From: Escherichia phage Sa157lw
Sequence record: OK322699.1
Reading direction: 5' to 3' (one strand)
DNA: 64,000 nucleotides
This document shows positions 39,158 to 48,925 of this stretch, piece by piece; within the stretch, counting starts at the first letter, position 1; every line of letters starts with the position of its first letter. The notes under the pieces are model-generated. The model was not told the DNA's origin, searched no databases, and saw only the letters and a program-made list of their open reading frames with translations. Both the position numbers and the translations under genes were made by a program.

Positions 39158-39535
39158 TCATTTATCTTGATTCACATAGGCGGGGGTTGCCTCGCCGTCT
39201 TTGTTAGAACCGAACAAACAACCCATCGTGTTGATGCATTGTTGTAGAACTTCCGGCTCAAGAATCTGACTCATCAGTTCTTCATTAGATTCCATCAGCG
39301 GGATGACTTTCACTTCCCGCGCCTGTCCTTGTTGGATAATGCCGATATACAGACCTTTGGTGTCTGGCAGTAACGGGATCACCATCATTGGTGTCACAAC
39401 AAACTTAGAAGTGCGATAGAGGCTGTGTAAGTAAACACCTTTCAATGTCGGTTGTTCTTCTACCAACATTGAAGACATTGAAAGGTTGGATTCTTGAACT
39501 TCCCCCACTGCATATAAACCCACGAATTGTTTCAT
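39158..39535 (-). CDS. hypothetical protein (125 aa), opposite strand
   Basis: Only long ORF in this gap; convergent with uvsW; plausible SD. Confidence 0.45.
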   Translation of the reverse strand: MKQFVGLYAVGEVQESNLSMSSMLVEEQPTLKGVYLHSLYRTSKFVVTPMMVIPLLPDTKGLYIGIIQQGQAREVKVIPLMESNEELMSQILEPEVLQQCINTMGCLFGSNKDGEATPAYVNQDK

Positions 39536-39871
39536 ATATCACTCTCTTGTTAGTAAACATAACTACATAATAATCTCATGCTGTGTTTAGACCAAATAAA
39601 TTATTTTGCTAGTTGAATAAAAATCGCTTTCTTGTTGAACAATCCGTGCGTAATATACGAGTTGTGAGCTTTGCGAGCAACGAGTATTATCACGAGCGAA
39701 GCGAGTAGACTGATAAAGAAAGGTTTTATTAAAACAGAATATTATAAATGCCGTCAGGCATTTATTTATCGCGCGTAGGGCATTTTAACACTTGTTCTAT
39801 AACTGCAAACACGCGATACTAATTTGCGTCAAACATGACTTGAACCCCACTATATTTTGAGGATATAAACA

Positions 39872-40540
39872 ATGCAAGAGATCACTCTCTCTGAACGCAC
39901 TTTACAACTGCTGGCCAACTTTGAAACCATTTGCCCTTCTATCGTTCTGGCACCTGGTAAAAAGCTGCGCACTGTTAACGACTCCAGCACCGTCATCGCT
40001 ATCGCTGACATCGACGAAGACTTCCCGTTTGAATTCCCTATTTTGGACCTGACCAAACTTCTGGCCATTCAGCGTCTGCCTAGTTTCAAAGGCGGTAAAA
40101 TCGAAATGTCGGAAGATCATATTTTACTGAAAGGTGAAAACTCGCAGCTGCAATTCTGGCGCTCAGCAAAAGAATTGACTGTCGTTCCTGCCGACAGCAT
40201 TGATCTCCCGTCCGTTGAATTCGAAGCGACGGTCACTCCTGAAAAAATGAAAGAGCTGACCCGCGCCTGTTCTACTCTGGGACACAAAACTGTTCGTCTG
40301 GTTGCCAGCGGCGGTAAAACCCGTCTGGTCGGTACGACTACGACTATCGATAATTCCAACGATTACACCGTTGAATTGGGTGAAACTGCTCTGGCTGATT
40401 TCGCTATGCCTGTCGACGTTGTTAACCTGAAAATGATCGAGGGCAACTATGTGATCCGCGCCTGTGCTGAAATGCAGCTTGTTAACTTCCAGTCGGCAGA
40501 TGGTACCATCAACTACTACGTTGGCATGCAGCTGGATTAA
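39872..40540 (+). CDS. gp45: sliding clamp gp45
   Basis: LLANFETICPSIVL vs T4 LLKNFATINSGIML; size 222 aa vs T4 228 aa; followed by gp44 and gp62. Confidence 0.8.
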   Translation: MQEITLSERTLQLLANFETICPSIVLAPGKKLRTVNDSSTVIAIADIDEDFPFEFPILDLTKLLAIQRLPSFKGGKIEMSEDHILLKGENSQLQFWRSAKELTVVPADSIDLPSVEFEATVTPEKMKELTRACSTLGHKTVRLVASGGKTRLVGTTTTIDNSNDYTVELGETALADFAMPVDVVNLKMIEGNYVIRACAEMQLVNFQSADGTINYYVGMQLD

Positions 40541-40570
40541 TCAATATCGCTTCGGCGCTTTATTATCGGT

Positions 40571-40594
40571 GGCGGGGTTATTATCCCGCCCTTT
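40571..40594 (+). terminator. possible terminator hairpin (GGCGGG-8 nt loop-CCCGCC)
   Basis: Perfect 6-bp GC stem after gp45 stop; weak T-tract. Confidence 0.35.
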
Positions 40595-40620
40595 GAAATG
40601 TTTTATCTAAAGAGGCTGCA

Positions 40621-41610
40621 ATGTCCAACATTACTATCGTTACAGACCAATACGCGTGGGAAAACAAATATCGTCCTGATAATTTAGATGAGATCGTTCT
40701 CCCCTCAGACGTCCGTGCCAAGATCCATGGTTATGTTACCTCTGGCAACGGAAACATCCCCTCTATGCTGTTCTACTCCCCTCAGCCTGGTACGGGTAAA
40801 ACTACTTCTGCTCTGGCCGTGTGCAATGAAATCGGTTGTGTGAAACCTCTGATGATCAACGCATCGCTTGACAACAGCATTGATGTGATTCGCGATCGTG
40901 TCATTCAATATGCTACTGGCGTCAGCGTTTTCGGTGGTCGGAAAGTCGTCATCCTCGACGAAGTTGAGCGTCTTTCTATGGCGGCTCAGGAATCATTGAA
41001 AGGTATCGTGGAAAAGGTTTCCAAGAACTGCTCGTTTATCCTGACCACCAACGCCAAACAGCGTGTCAATGAGCCTCTGCGTTCTCGTTGCCGTGAAATT
41101 GATTTCATCTGGTCCGAAAAAGAAGCCGACGAAGTTAAACTTCAATTTATGCGTCGTTGTGCCACTATCCTGACAGAAGAAGGCATTCCATACGAAGCTG
41201 GTGTTATTGCGTCGATTGTCAAGTCGTATTTCCCCGACAACCGTAAGATTATGGGCACCCTTCAGGATAATGCCACCACGTTTGGTAAAATCGATGAACG
41301 TGCTTTGGCTCAGGTGAAAGCGGGTGAATTCCAGGCGTTGGTCGATTTCTTAAAGGCCAATGATTGGGCTGGTATGAAGCAATGGGTGACTGACAACCAA
41401 AACTACATCACAGAGGACTTCTACTCTCGTTTCTTCCATTTCTGTGTTCCGCAGAACAAAGAGAAGAATCCTTTGATCCAAAACGAATCTATCCCAGATT
41501 TGGTCTGTGTTTGTGGTCAGTCACAGATTGAACATCGTTCAGTTGGAGACGTCTGGTTACACGGCGTTTACTTCCTGACCAACGTCATGCTCAACATCAA
41601 GTGGAAGTGA
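40621..41610 (+). CDS. gp44: clamp loader large subunit gp44 (AAA+)
   Basis: KYRP...SPQPGTGKTTSALAV vs T4 KYRP...SPSPGTGKTTVAKAL; RKVVILDEVER Walker B. Confidence 0.85.
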   Translation: MSNITIVTDQYAWENKYRPDNLDEIVLPSDVRAKIHGYVTSGNGNIPSMLFYSPQPGTGKTTSALAVCNEIGCVKPLMINASLDNSIDVIRDRVIQYATGVSVFGGRKVVILDEVERLSMAAQESLKGIVEKVSKNCSFILTTNAKQRVNEPLRSRCREIDFIWSEKEADEVKLQFMRRCATILTEEGIPYEAGVIASIVKSYFPDNRKIMGTLQDNATTFGKIDERALAQVKAGEFQALVDFLKANDWAGMKQWVTDNQNYITEDFYSRFFHFCVPQNKEKNPLIQNESIPDLVCVCGQSQIEHRSVGDVWLHGVYFLTNVMLNIKWK

Positions 41611-41614
41611 TATT

Positions 41615-42037
41615 ATGGCCGCTCCGTCACTGTTCGATTACCTGGGTGCTCTGAACAGCACCAAAGAGAATCTGTTGTTGACCGAAGACCCCGAAATCAG
41701 AAAGGCTTTTGATCCTTTCATGACTCGGCGCGGCCTTGCTCAGAGTAAAGACACGTTGGTGGTTGCAGAACGAATGAACCGCTTCCATGCCATTACTCCT
41801 TGGATGCAATGGAACCTTGCGTTTCATAGTATTCCAGCAAAACGCCGTTATGACAAATGGTCTAAGAAAGGAGCCATGGACCCTGATGTAAAATTGATTT
41901 CTGAGTATTACTACATCAGTCCTGAAAAGGCTTCTGAGTATGTTCGATTCCTGCCGAAAGAAGTCCTGGCTGAAATCAAGGCGAAGGTCGAACGTTCCAA
42001 CAGCAACGAAAAAGCTAAACCGCGCAAGGCTAAGTAA
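41615..42037 (+). CDS. gp62: clamp loader small subunit gp62
   Basis: PAKRRYDKWSKK vs T4 PRGKRYGKWAKL; synteny. Confidence 0.65.
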   Translation: MAAPSLFDYLGALNSTKENLLLTEDPEIRKAFDPFMTRRGLAQSKDTLVVAERMNRFHAITPWMQWNLAFHSIPAKRRYDKWSKKGAMDPDVKLISEYYYISPEKASEYVRFLPKEVLAEIKAKVERSNSNEKAKPRKAK

Positions 42038-42066
42038 TTCAAATTATTGTTAAAGGGGTACGAGTC

Positions 42067-42531
42067 ATGGCGCGTAATACGCTGGACATCTTGAAACTTT
42101 CAGCTGTTAACGATGAGGCCAGCATCGTTGATTGTATGGTTGAAGTTCAATTGAACCAAGATAAACCAGGAATTTTTCTGGGTATCAAGGAAACGCTGAG
42201 CCGCATCGGGGTGAACACTCGTCAAGAGCCGAATACCCTGTACCAAACATGTCATATTCTGCATAAATTTGGCAGATATCACATCGTGCACTTCAAGCAT
42301 CTTTTCATGCTGGATGGGCATTACAACGGCTTTACGCGTGAAGATGTCCTGCGTATGAATCGGATTATTCGGCTTTTGGAGCAGTGGAATATGGTTAAAA
42401 TACTGCATCCGGAACAGATTACCGAAGTTGCTGATATGTCTCGAATCAAAGTTGTAAAACATGACCAAGTTTCTGATTGGAAACTGGTTCCAAAATATAC
42501 CATCCGCCCGACTCGGGCGAAAAGCGAATAA
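42067..42531 (+). CDS. regA: translational repressor RegA
   Basis: LYQTCHILHKFGRYHIVHFKHLFML and DWKLVPKYTIR match T4 RegA. Alignment suggests the true start may be the internal ATG at 42136 (MVEVQLNQDKPGIFLGIKETL vs T4 MIEITLKKPEDFLKVKETL). Confidence 0.8.
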   Translation: MARNTLDILKLSAVNDEASIVDCMVEVQLNQDKPGIFLGIKETLSRIGVNTRQEPNTLYQTCHILHKFGRYHIVHFKHLFMLDGHYNGFTREDVLRMNRIIRLLEQWNMVKILHPEQITEVADMSRIKVVKHDQVSDWKLVPKYTIRPTRAKSE

Positions 42532-42547
42532 CTGGAGTCGCTATATT

Positions 42548-43411
42548 ATGACAACTACATTTAATAAAAACGTGAGACTGAATCTGGCTTTTGGTAATGC
42601 TGCAGGGGACGTGACCGACCCCGACTTTAGCAAAATTCGCAATCAGGCAAAACTCGTGCTGGAAGAGACCCGCGAACTTCTGGAAGCGGCTTATTACGAT
42701 CATCAAGTGGTTCTAACATTAGAATTGAATCCTCGAGAAAGCGAGACGCCGACCACTACCGAAGATCTGATGAAAGCCATCATGGACGCGCAGGGTGATA
42801 TCACTACTGTTAACGACGGTGTGGCCCATATCGCGGGTTTCAATGGTGATGAGTGCTTACAGCGCGTGTTTGCTTCCAACATGAGCAAGTTTATCCGCTC
42901 TGAAGATGAAGTCGGTCCGGCTCTGGACTATTACTATTCTCGCGGTTTCCCTGATGGACAATTGCGTGTGGAAGGCGAATTCCCTCAGGCATGTATTAAA
43001 GTTAATGAAACTGTCGTTTGGAATGGTAAAGAATATCCTAAAGGGAAATTCCTTAAAAACATGGCTGTTTTCCAAGAGCCTGATTTTTCTGACATGCTGA
43101 CCAAAACTCCTTCCCGTCAGATCAACGATATCGTTGCCAGCATGGCGATTGAAGAAGGTCAGGTGTTTATCGATGATCTCAATGGCGTGGCGTTGGTATC
43201 CCCGAACACATTGGGTGTAATCCTTTCCATGGCTGTTGAAAAAACTTCTCAACCTGTAGAGATCGACGGGCAAATCGAAAGTTATGTGCCAGCGTTCATC
43301 GTGGATGACACCAATATGCCTAAGCTGTGTGGGGTGTGGGGTTCTAATGTTCGTGTTTATGCGAGCACTCCAGTGCAGAACACGGTAACACACCTCTCCC
43401 GTATCGATTAA
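42548..43411 (+). CDS. hypothetical protein (287 aa), possible MazG-like N-terminal domain
   Basis: ATG 42548 with GGAG SD; EETRELLEA segment loosely MazG-like; assignment weak. Confidence 0.35.
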   Translation: MTTTFNKNVRLNLAFGNAAGDVTDPDFSKIRNQAKLVLEETRELLEAAYYDHQVVLTLELNPRESETPTTTEDLMKAIMDAQGDITTVNDGVAHIAGFNGDECLQRVFASNMSKFIRSEDEVGPALDYYYSRGFPDGQLRVEGEFPQACIKVNETVVWNGKEYPKGKFLKNMAVFQEPDFSDMLTKTPSRQINDIVASMAIEEGQVFIDDLNGVALVSPNTLGVILSMAVEKTSQPVEIDGQIESYVPAFIVDDTNMPKLCGVWGSNVRVYASTPVQNTVTHLSRID

Positions 43412-43433
43412 TATAAACCGTTATTCATTAAAC

Positions 43434-43465
43434 AACAGAGGCTATAATGGCCTCTGTTTTTGTAT
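43434..43465 (+). terminator. terminator hairpin (ACAGAGGC-TATAATG-GCCTCTGT plus T-run)
   Basis: Perfect 8-bp stem followed by TTTTTGTATT. Confidence 0.55.
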
Positions 43466-43480
43466 TCTAGAGAGGATACC

Positions 43481-44704
43481 ATGAAAGATAAACCGTGTGA
43501 CATTCCTTATTGCGGTGTTCGGGAAACCAAAATTAAATCTGCACACCCCACGTTAAGTCCATTCCATAAACAACTCGCATACGAATGGATGAGCGAGCGC
43601 TATAAGATCCACGTGAGAAAGGACGTCCAACGTCTTCCTGCTCCTTGGACGGATAATCCCATACTACGGCAGGTCAAGTTCTGTAACGTCCGGAGAGAGC
43701 ACGACAGGCAGTCTCTTAACCTGATCAACAATATCGTCAAGAACGATGCTCTGGGCATTGCCGACAAGATGTTCAACTGTGTTCTGTTCCGCATGTTCAA
43801 CCTCTGGGACCCGATCAAGGCTATCGGTGACGCTCGTACTATCAAAGAGTTCGCAAACATCGATCTTGATGCAACCCGCAAAAGTCTTCAGGAATTTGAG
43901 GCCAACGGTGGTAAGATCTTCACCAATGCCTTCAACACAGGCGGTCTAAAGCAGTGTCTGGCGTTCCCCGAACTCGTTGTCAACCACAAGGAGCAGCGCT
44001 TTGGTGGTATGATGGTTAAGGTACACCGTGTTGGCCAGGGTATCGTTGATGAATTGGATTACAAGGTCGCCAAGAAGCTGGTTGAAGAAAATCCTGGGGA
44101 GTACACGATCGAGGGCTGGGAGCCGTACATGCCGATGCGTGTTATCCGTTCCCTGAAGGCATTTGTCAACAAGTATCCTGATTATTTCAATGATCTTTTA
44201 CGTCTTGACTCTCCGCTGAAAGTTTACCAGCGCATGTATGACGACATTGAAGGGCTTGGGCCATTCCTGGCATATCAGATATGGGTGGACTTCACATACA
44301 TCCCTGAGTATCCATTCAGTGAGAATCACTTCACCATCGCTGGCCCAGGTTGCCGTGCGGGTATTGACCTGATGTTCCTGGATAAGGACGGTATGACTCA
44401 TGAAGAGTGCATCTTCTGGGTTCGAGATCACCAGTATCAATTGTTTGCCCAGTATGGTTATGTCCAAGAGCAGTTCTGGTCAGCCGAAGCGCCGGAAGAT
44501 CAGTGCATGAATGTCATGCAGCTGGAGAACATGTTCTGTGAATTGAGCAAGTACACCCGCTGTGTTGAGGCCATTGAGAGAGGGGAAAAGCCACGCGGCA
44601 AGGTCGGTTACGATGGAGGCGGAGAATACAAAAAGCGGTGCGATGAAGTTGTCCTCAAACGCGGTTCCGTCAATTTGTTAGATCGTTTGAAGAAACCTGA
44701 ATAA
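43481..44704 (+). CDS. hypothetical protein (407 aa), Cys-containing N-terminus
   Basis: ATG 43481 with GAGAGGA SD; KPCDIPYCGV N-terminus; no family recognised. Confidence 0.45.
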   Translation: MKDKPCDIPYCGVRETKIKSAHPTLSPFHKQLAYEWMSERYKIHVRKDVQRLPAPWTDNPILRQVKFCNVRREHDRQSLNLINNIVKNDALGIADKMFNCVLFRMFNLWDPIKAIGDARTIKEFANIDLDATRKSLQEFEANGGKIFTNAFNTGGLKQCLAFPELVVNHKEQRFGGMMVKVHRVGQGIVDELDYKVAKKLVEENPGEYTIEGWEPYMPMRVIRSLKAFVNKYPDYFNDLLRLDSPLKVYQRMYDDIEGLGPFLAYQIWVDFTYIPEYPFSENHFTIAGPGCRAGIDLMFLDKDGMTHEECIFWVRDHQYQLFAQYGYVQEQFWSAEAPEDQCMNVMQLENMFCELSKYTRCVEAIERGEKPRGKVGYDGGGEYKKRCDEVVLKRGSVNLLDRLKKPE

Positions 44705-44816
44705 AGAATCGCTTTACTTCATTCTTCAATAACCCCCTTTCAACGTATATTGACCTCACTTTAACGACGCGCCCATTTAGGGCGCTCAATTTGAACTGAA
44801 ACAGGAAGACTATACC

Positions 44817-46838
44817 ATGGCAGAATTCAAACCTTTCGCAACGGCTGTTAATGATAACGTGCTGGCGATGTCCGCAACTGGTCTGTTTATGACCAACGTT
44901 GATAAAGATGCTCTGTGGGATTTGTATTTGGCATCCTTCCCAGCTGGTACCAACCCGATGTACCGCGAACGCACTGAACACGACTGCACCTGCTGTAAAC
45001 AATTCATCCGTAATATCGGCGGCGTCGTGACTATCGATGCTGACCTGAACGTTATCTCGATTTGGGACAACATTGAGCTGGGTAACGAATACGACGTGGT
45101 GGCTGCGGCGCTGTCGACCTTCGTTAAACAACACGCAATCGTCGACGTGTATTTCAACGATTCTGCTAAAGTCGGCCTGTCTCATAACCACGAATCTGGT
45201 GAAGACGGCAAAATCCGCACGTATAACCATTTCCACACCGAACTGCTCGGCAGCTATGTCCTGCGTTCTGATGCTATTGCATCTAAAAAAGGTGAAATCC
45301 GACAGGCTATCGAATTATTTGAACGCGGTCTGCGTGAAATTACTCTGGAATCAGCAGAAATCGTTCTGGAATTGATTGATCAGAATTCTTTGTATCGCGG
45401 CGCTGAACATAAAGCTGCGGTGATGGGCTTCGTAGTAGCCAAGACGGCATATGAAGAAATCCCAGAATCTAACCGTTCTCTGTGGGCATGGCGCACTGGT
45501 TATCGTTCAAACAATCATGTTCCACATGGCATTCGCAACACCGTTATCGGTACTCTGTTGACTGATATCAGTGAAGGCGTGGAACTGGAAAAGGCCGTTA
45601 AGTCGTTTGAAACCAAAGTTGCCCCAGCGAACTACAAACGCCCGACGGCTCTGGTCTCCAAGTCCATGATCGAAAACGCTCAGAAAGAAGTGATTGCTCT
45701 CGGTCTGGAAGATTCGCTGGCGCGTCGTTATGCAGTTTATGACGACCTGACGATCAATAACGTTCTGTTTGCAGACCTGGCTGCTCAAAAAGCGATGGAT
45801 CCATTCGCTCAACTGGCCGCCGAAGTGAAAACGCCGACCAAGTCGCTGGATAAAGTTGAAGAGATTGGCATTGACGACTTCCTGAGCAATATCCTGCCGA
45901 AAGCGCATTCAATGGAAGTGCTGGTTGAAAACTCGCATACTGGCAACCTTATGTCTCTGGTCGCTCCGGCTATTGCAGGTGCTCCTAACCTTTTCAAATG
46001 GGGCAACGGTTTCTCATGGTCATACAACGGCGAAGTGGCCGACTCCATCAAAGAGCGTGTGAAAGCGGCTGGCGGTAAAGTCGACGGGTTCCTCCGTGTA
46101 TCCCTGGCTTGGCACAACAACGATGACCTCGATCTGCATATGTTCTTTAACAATATGGAACATGTGTACTTCCGCGATCGTCGTTCAATGACTGGTGCTC
46201 ATCTCGATATCGACATGAACGGTATGGACGGCATCGACCCGAACCGCTCTCCGGTAGAAAACATCATCTTCACTGATGAAAGAAAGCTGCGTGACGGTGA
46301 ATATCGTTTTGAGATTCACAACTACAACCAACGTGAAAAGATCGACGAAGGGTTTGAAATTGAAGTTGAATACAAAGGCGCTACGCAACGTTTTAGCCAC
46401 AATGGGTTAAAAGACCAGGGGCGCATCACTGCCGTCGTTCTGACTGTTAAAGACAAACAAGTCGTTAGCATCAAGTCTGAGCTGGCGAATGTTGATAAAT
46501 CCAAAGAAATTTGGGGCATTAAGACAGCGACCTTCCAGAAGGTACAGCTGGTCCTGAACTCACCAAACCATTGGGATGGTGAACAAACTGGCAACAAGCA
46601 CGTCTTCTTCATCTTGGAAGGTTGTGCGAATCCTGAAGGTACTCGTGGTTTCTACAATGAATATCTGAAGCCGGAACTGGATAAACATCGTAAGGTTTTT
46701 GAAATGTTGGGTAGTAAAATGAAAGTACAACCCAACGAAAACCAACTGTCTGGTTTGGGGTTCTCGACAACGCAACGCAACCATGTGTTCGTCAAAGTGT
46801 CCGGCGCGTTTAACCGTACTGTAAAAGTCATTTTCTAA
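44817..46838 (+). CDS. hypothetical protein (673 aa)
   Basis: Long ORF with AGGAAG SD; no P-loop or other motif recognised. Confidence 0.5.
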   Translation: MAEFKPFATAVNDNVLAMSATGLFMTNVDKDALWDLYLASFPAGTNPMYRERTEHDCTCCKQFIRNIGGVVTIDADLNVISIWDNIELGNEYDVVAAALSTFVKQHAIVDVYFNDSAKVGLSHNHESGEDGKIRTYNHFHTELLGSYVLRSDAIASKKGEIRQAIELFERGLREITLESAEIVLELIDQNSLYRGAEHKAAVMGFVVAKTAYEEIPESNRSLWAWRTGYRSNNHVPHGIRNTVIGTLLTDISEGVELEKAVKSFETKVAPANYKRPTALVSKSMIENAQKEVIALGLEDSLARRYAVYDDLTINNVLFADLAAQKAMDPFAQLAAEVKTPTKSLDKVEEIGIDDFLSNILPKAHSMEVLVENSHTGNLMSLVAPAIAGAPNLFKWGNGFSWSYNGEVADSIKERVKAAGGKVDGFLRVSLAWHNNDDLDLHMFFNNMEHVYFRDRRSMTGAHLDIDMNGMDGIDPNRSPVENIIFTDERKLRDGEYRFEIHNYNQREKIDEGFEIEVEYKGATQRFSHNGLKDQGRITAVVLTVKDKQVVSIKSELANVDKSKEIWGIKTATFQKVQLVLNSPNHWDGEQTGNKHVFFILEGCANPEGTRGFYNEYLKPELDKHRKVFEMLGSKMKVQPNENQLSGLGFSTTQRNHVFVKVSGAFNRTVKVIF

Positions 46839-46875
46839 TTGATTTGACAACAACTTCGTAATAAGGAACAAAGAA

Positions 46876-47247
46876 ATGTTTGATCAAGCAACCCGTTTAA
46901 AACTGCGTTTTAACTCTAACAAAGGTCTGCTGTCTGTTGAGCAGGTTTGGGATCTGAATCTGAACGCACTGAACGAGCTGGCGAAAGATCTGAGCCGTCA
47001 GGTGAAAGAAGCAGCCAGCGATGAAGAAGACTTCATCGGTGTGAAAAGCGCGGTCGATTCTCAGTTACAACTGCGGTTCGATATCGTGAAAGCGATCATC
47101 GGTGTTAAACTGAAAGAACGCGATGAAAGCGCGACCGCAGCAGAGCGTAAAGCGAACAACCAGGCGATCATGGAACTGATCCAGCGTAAGAAACAACAGG
47201 AACTGGAAGGTCTGTCTGTTGAAGAACTGGAAAAACTCCTGAAATAA
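46876..47247 (+). CDS. hypothetical protein
   Basis: AAGGAA SD; charged, helical-looking. Confidence 0.5.
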   Translation: MFDQATRLKLRFNSNKGLLSVEQVWDLNLNALNELAKDLSRQVKEAASDEEDFIGVKSAVDSQLQLRFDIVKAIIGVKLKERDESATAAERKANNQAIMELIQRKKQQELEGLSVEELEKLLK

Positions 47248-47267
47248 TCTGACGGCTCCGGCCTGAG

Positions 47268-47296
47268 AAACCCCGCCGTGTGCGGGGTTTCTTTTG
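47268..47296 (+). terminator. rho-independent terminator (AAACCCCGC-loop-GCGGGGTTT plus T-run)
   Basis: Perfect stem after stop at 47247. Confidence 0.65.
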
Positions 47297-47306
47297 GACA
47301 AAAATC

Positions 47307-47717
47307 ATGAAATCTATTACGTGTGATTACTGCGGTCAACCTGCCCAATACGTCGGGTGTGATGTTGTATACCCCCACCGCCCCGACCTCCGCAATCTGA
47401 AGTTCTGGGTATGCTCGCCATGCGACGCTCGTGTGGGTTGCCATACCCATGGGGATGGTAGACAACCTCTGGGAAGGATGGCGAATGCCGCTCTCCGTGC
47501 TGCTAAGCAGGAAGCTCATAGATCGTTTGACCCTATCTGGAAAGGTGGGCAGAGGAGCAGGAGTGATGCTTACAGCTGGCTGGCTCATAATCTGGGGATC
47601 AAGAAGCGCGATTGCCATATCGGCTTGTTCGATATCGATATGTGCCGTAAAGTAGTCGCTGTGTGTAATCAACTAAAGGCACAAGATAATGTCAAAGGAA
47701 ATACAAGAAGCATTTGA
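47307..47717 (+). CDS. zinc-ribbon protein (CxxC...CxxC)
   Basis: ATG 47307; CDYCGQ ... CSPCDARVGCH cysteine pairs. Confidence 0.45.
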   Translation: MKSITCDYCGQPAQYVGCDVVYPHRPDLRNLKFWVCSPCDARVGCHTHGDGRQPLGRMANAALRAAKQEAHRSFDPIWKGGQRSRSDAYSWLAHNLGIKKRDCHIGLFDIDMCRKVVAVCNQLKAQDNVKGNTRSI

Positions 47718-47940
47718 AAAATTATCTCAGGTAATGACCGACTGCAACCGCCGGAATTATTGTGATGAAGCGTATACCAAATTGAAAACTGCTGTTGAAA
47801 CCGAGCTGGCAGGTCTTTCCGTTTTCAAAGATATTCAGACCGAAGTGCTATATCTGTCGGATGAAGATTTAAGGCGTTGCCCCCGCAAGATTTACCAATT
47901 ACTGGATCGTTTGGTGAAAGTGGGGGTGAATAATGGGTAA
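47689..47940 (+). CDS. hypothetical protein
   Basis: ORF overlapping neighbours at both ends. Confidence 0.4.
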   Translation: MSKEIQEAFEKLSQVMTDCNRRNYCDEAYTKLKTAVETELAGLSVFKDIQTEVLYLSDEDLRRCPRKIYQLLDRLVKVGVNNG

Positions 47941-48658
47941 TCGTGAAGGGATTAAACTCACACCAGAACTTCTGAAGTCACATATTGCTGAAGTGATTTA
48001 TGAAGACCGTGAAGTTGGTGGTCACCGCGTCATTACATGCCATTTCAAGATGGACAATGGGTTCGTTGTGTGGGGTAAGAATAGTTCCACATCGGTAGAC
48101 CCTGCCAACTTCGATGAAGAAATAGGCAAGCAGCTGGCCTATGAAAAGACCTTTTCTCAACTGTGGGAACTGGAAGCATATCGCGCGATGGTAGAAAAGC
48201 AGATCATCGATGTGTCTGCCGAAGATGCTAAGATCAACATTGATGAATATGTGTCAGAAAGGGAAGCGATACATGAGATGGGTGGTTCTGAATTTCTTAA
48301 GGGTAAAGGACAATCCATCGTGTTTCGTCATCCCAAAGATCCAAGTCGGGGATTTCGCGTTGAATTTGTTCGCACCGATAATGAACGTTATAACGAACGA
48401 CGCAATGGTGAGGCACGATCTTTGGTGGAAGCGTATCTTCGCTCGTTCATGACTTCTGAAGAACTAAATTCTGAACTTGTCTTGCGTTTGGCGAAAACGT
48501 GTAATGCTGCTTCAGGGGATTATCCGTGGTGTGACCTGTCAGAAGACAAACGCCAAGCAGCCTGTGATCGTGTTAAGAAATTCTTGTTAGATCCGAAAGC
48601 CCAACCTGGTGATTCCGTAGGGGCACTGTATAGAGCCATTGTGGTGTCCTACTTGTAA
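47933..48658 (+). CDS. hypothetical protein (241 aa)
   Basis: GGGGGTG SD; N-terminal domain pattern (ITCHFKMDNGFVVWGKNS...NFDEEIGKQLAYEK) recalled as similar to a small phage protein family; uncertain. Confidence 0.45.
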   Translation: MGNREGIKLTPELLKSHIAEVIYEDREVGGHRVITCHFKMDNGFVVWGKNSSTSVDPANFDEEIGKQLAYEKTFSQLWELEAYRAMVEKQIIDVSAEDAKINIDEYVSEREAIHEMGGSEFLKGKGQSIVFRHPKDPSRGFRVEFVRTDNERYNERRNGEARSLVEAYLRSFMTSEELNSELVLRLAKTCNAASGDYPWCDLSEDKRQAACDRVKKFLLDPKAQPGDSVGALYRAIVVSYL

Positions 48659-48925
48659 TTCTTCAAAAGTCTTTCAAAATCAATAACGTCCGGCAAAATG
48701 CTGGGCGTTTCAATTAATAAGCCAAGGTATAATGGCCCAACTGAAAACGCGGGGGAATTTCTTTGTCCAAGCCATTCATTCGTTCCGGAGTTGATTCTCT
48801 AGACTCCCAATTTAAGCCGAGCGAAGTTTTAATCCAACAAATTGAAACCAATCGTGAATTCATAGAACACATGTTGGCAAAGCCGGAAGGCGAAGCCGCT
48901 CAAACCACCAAAGAAGGTAATAACG

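Noticed and set aside
42461-42547. Upstream start (42461) of the gene following regA
   Set aside because: It would overlap regA by 70 nt in another frame; the ATG at 42548 has a GGAG SD and begins right after regA.
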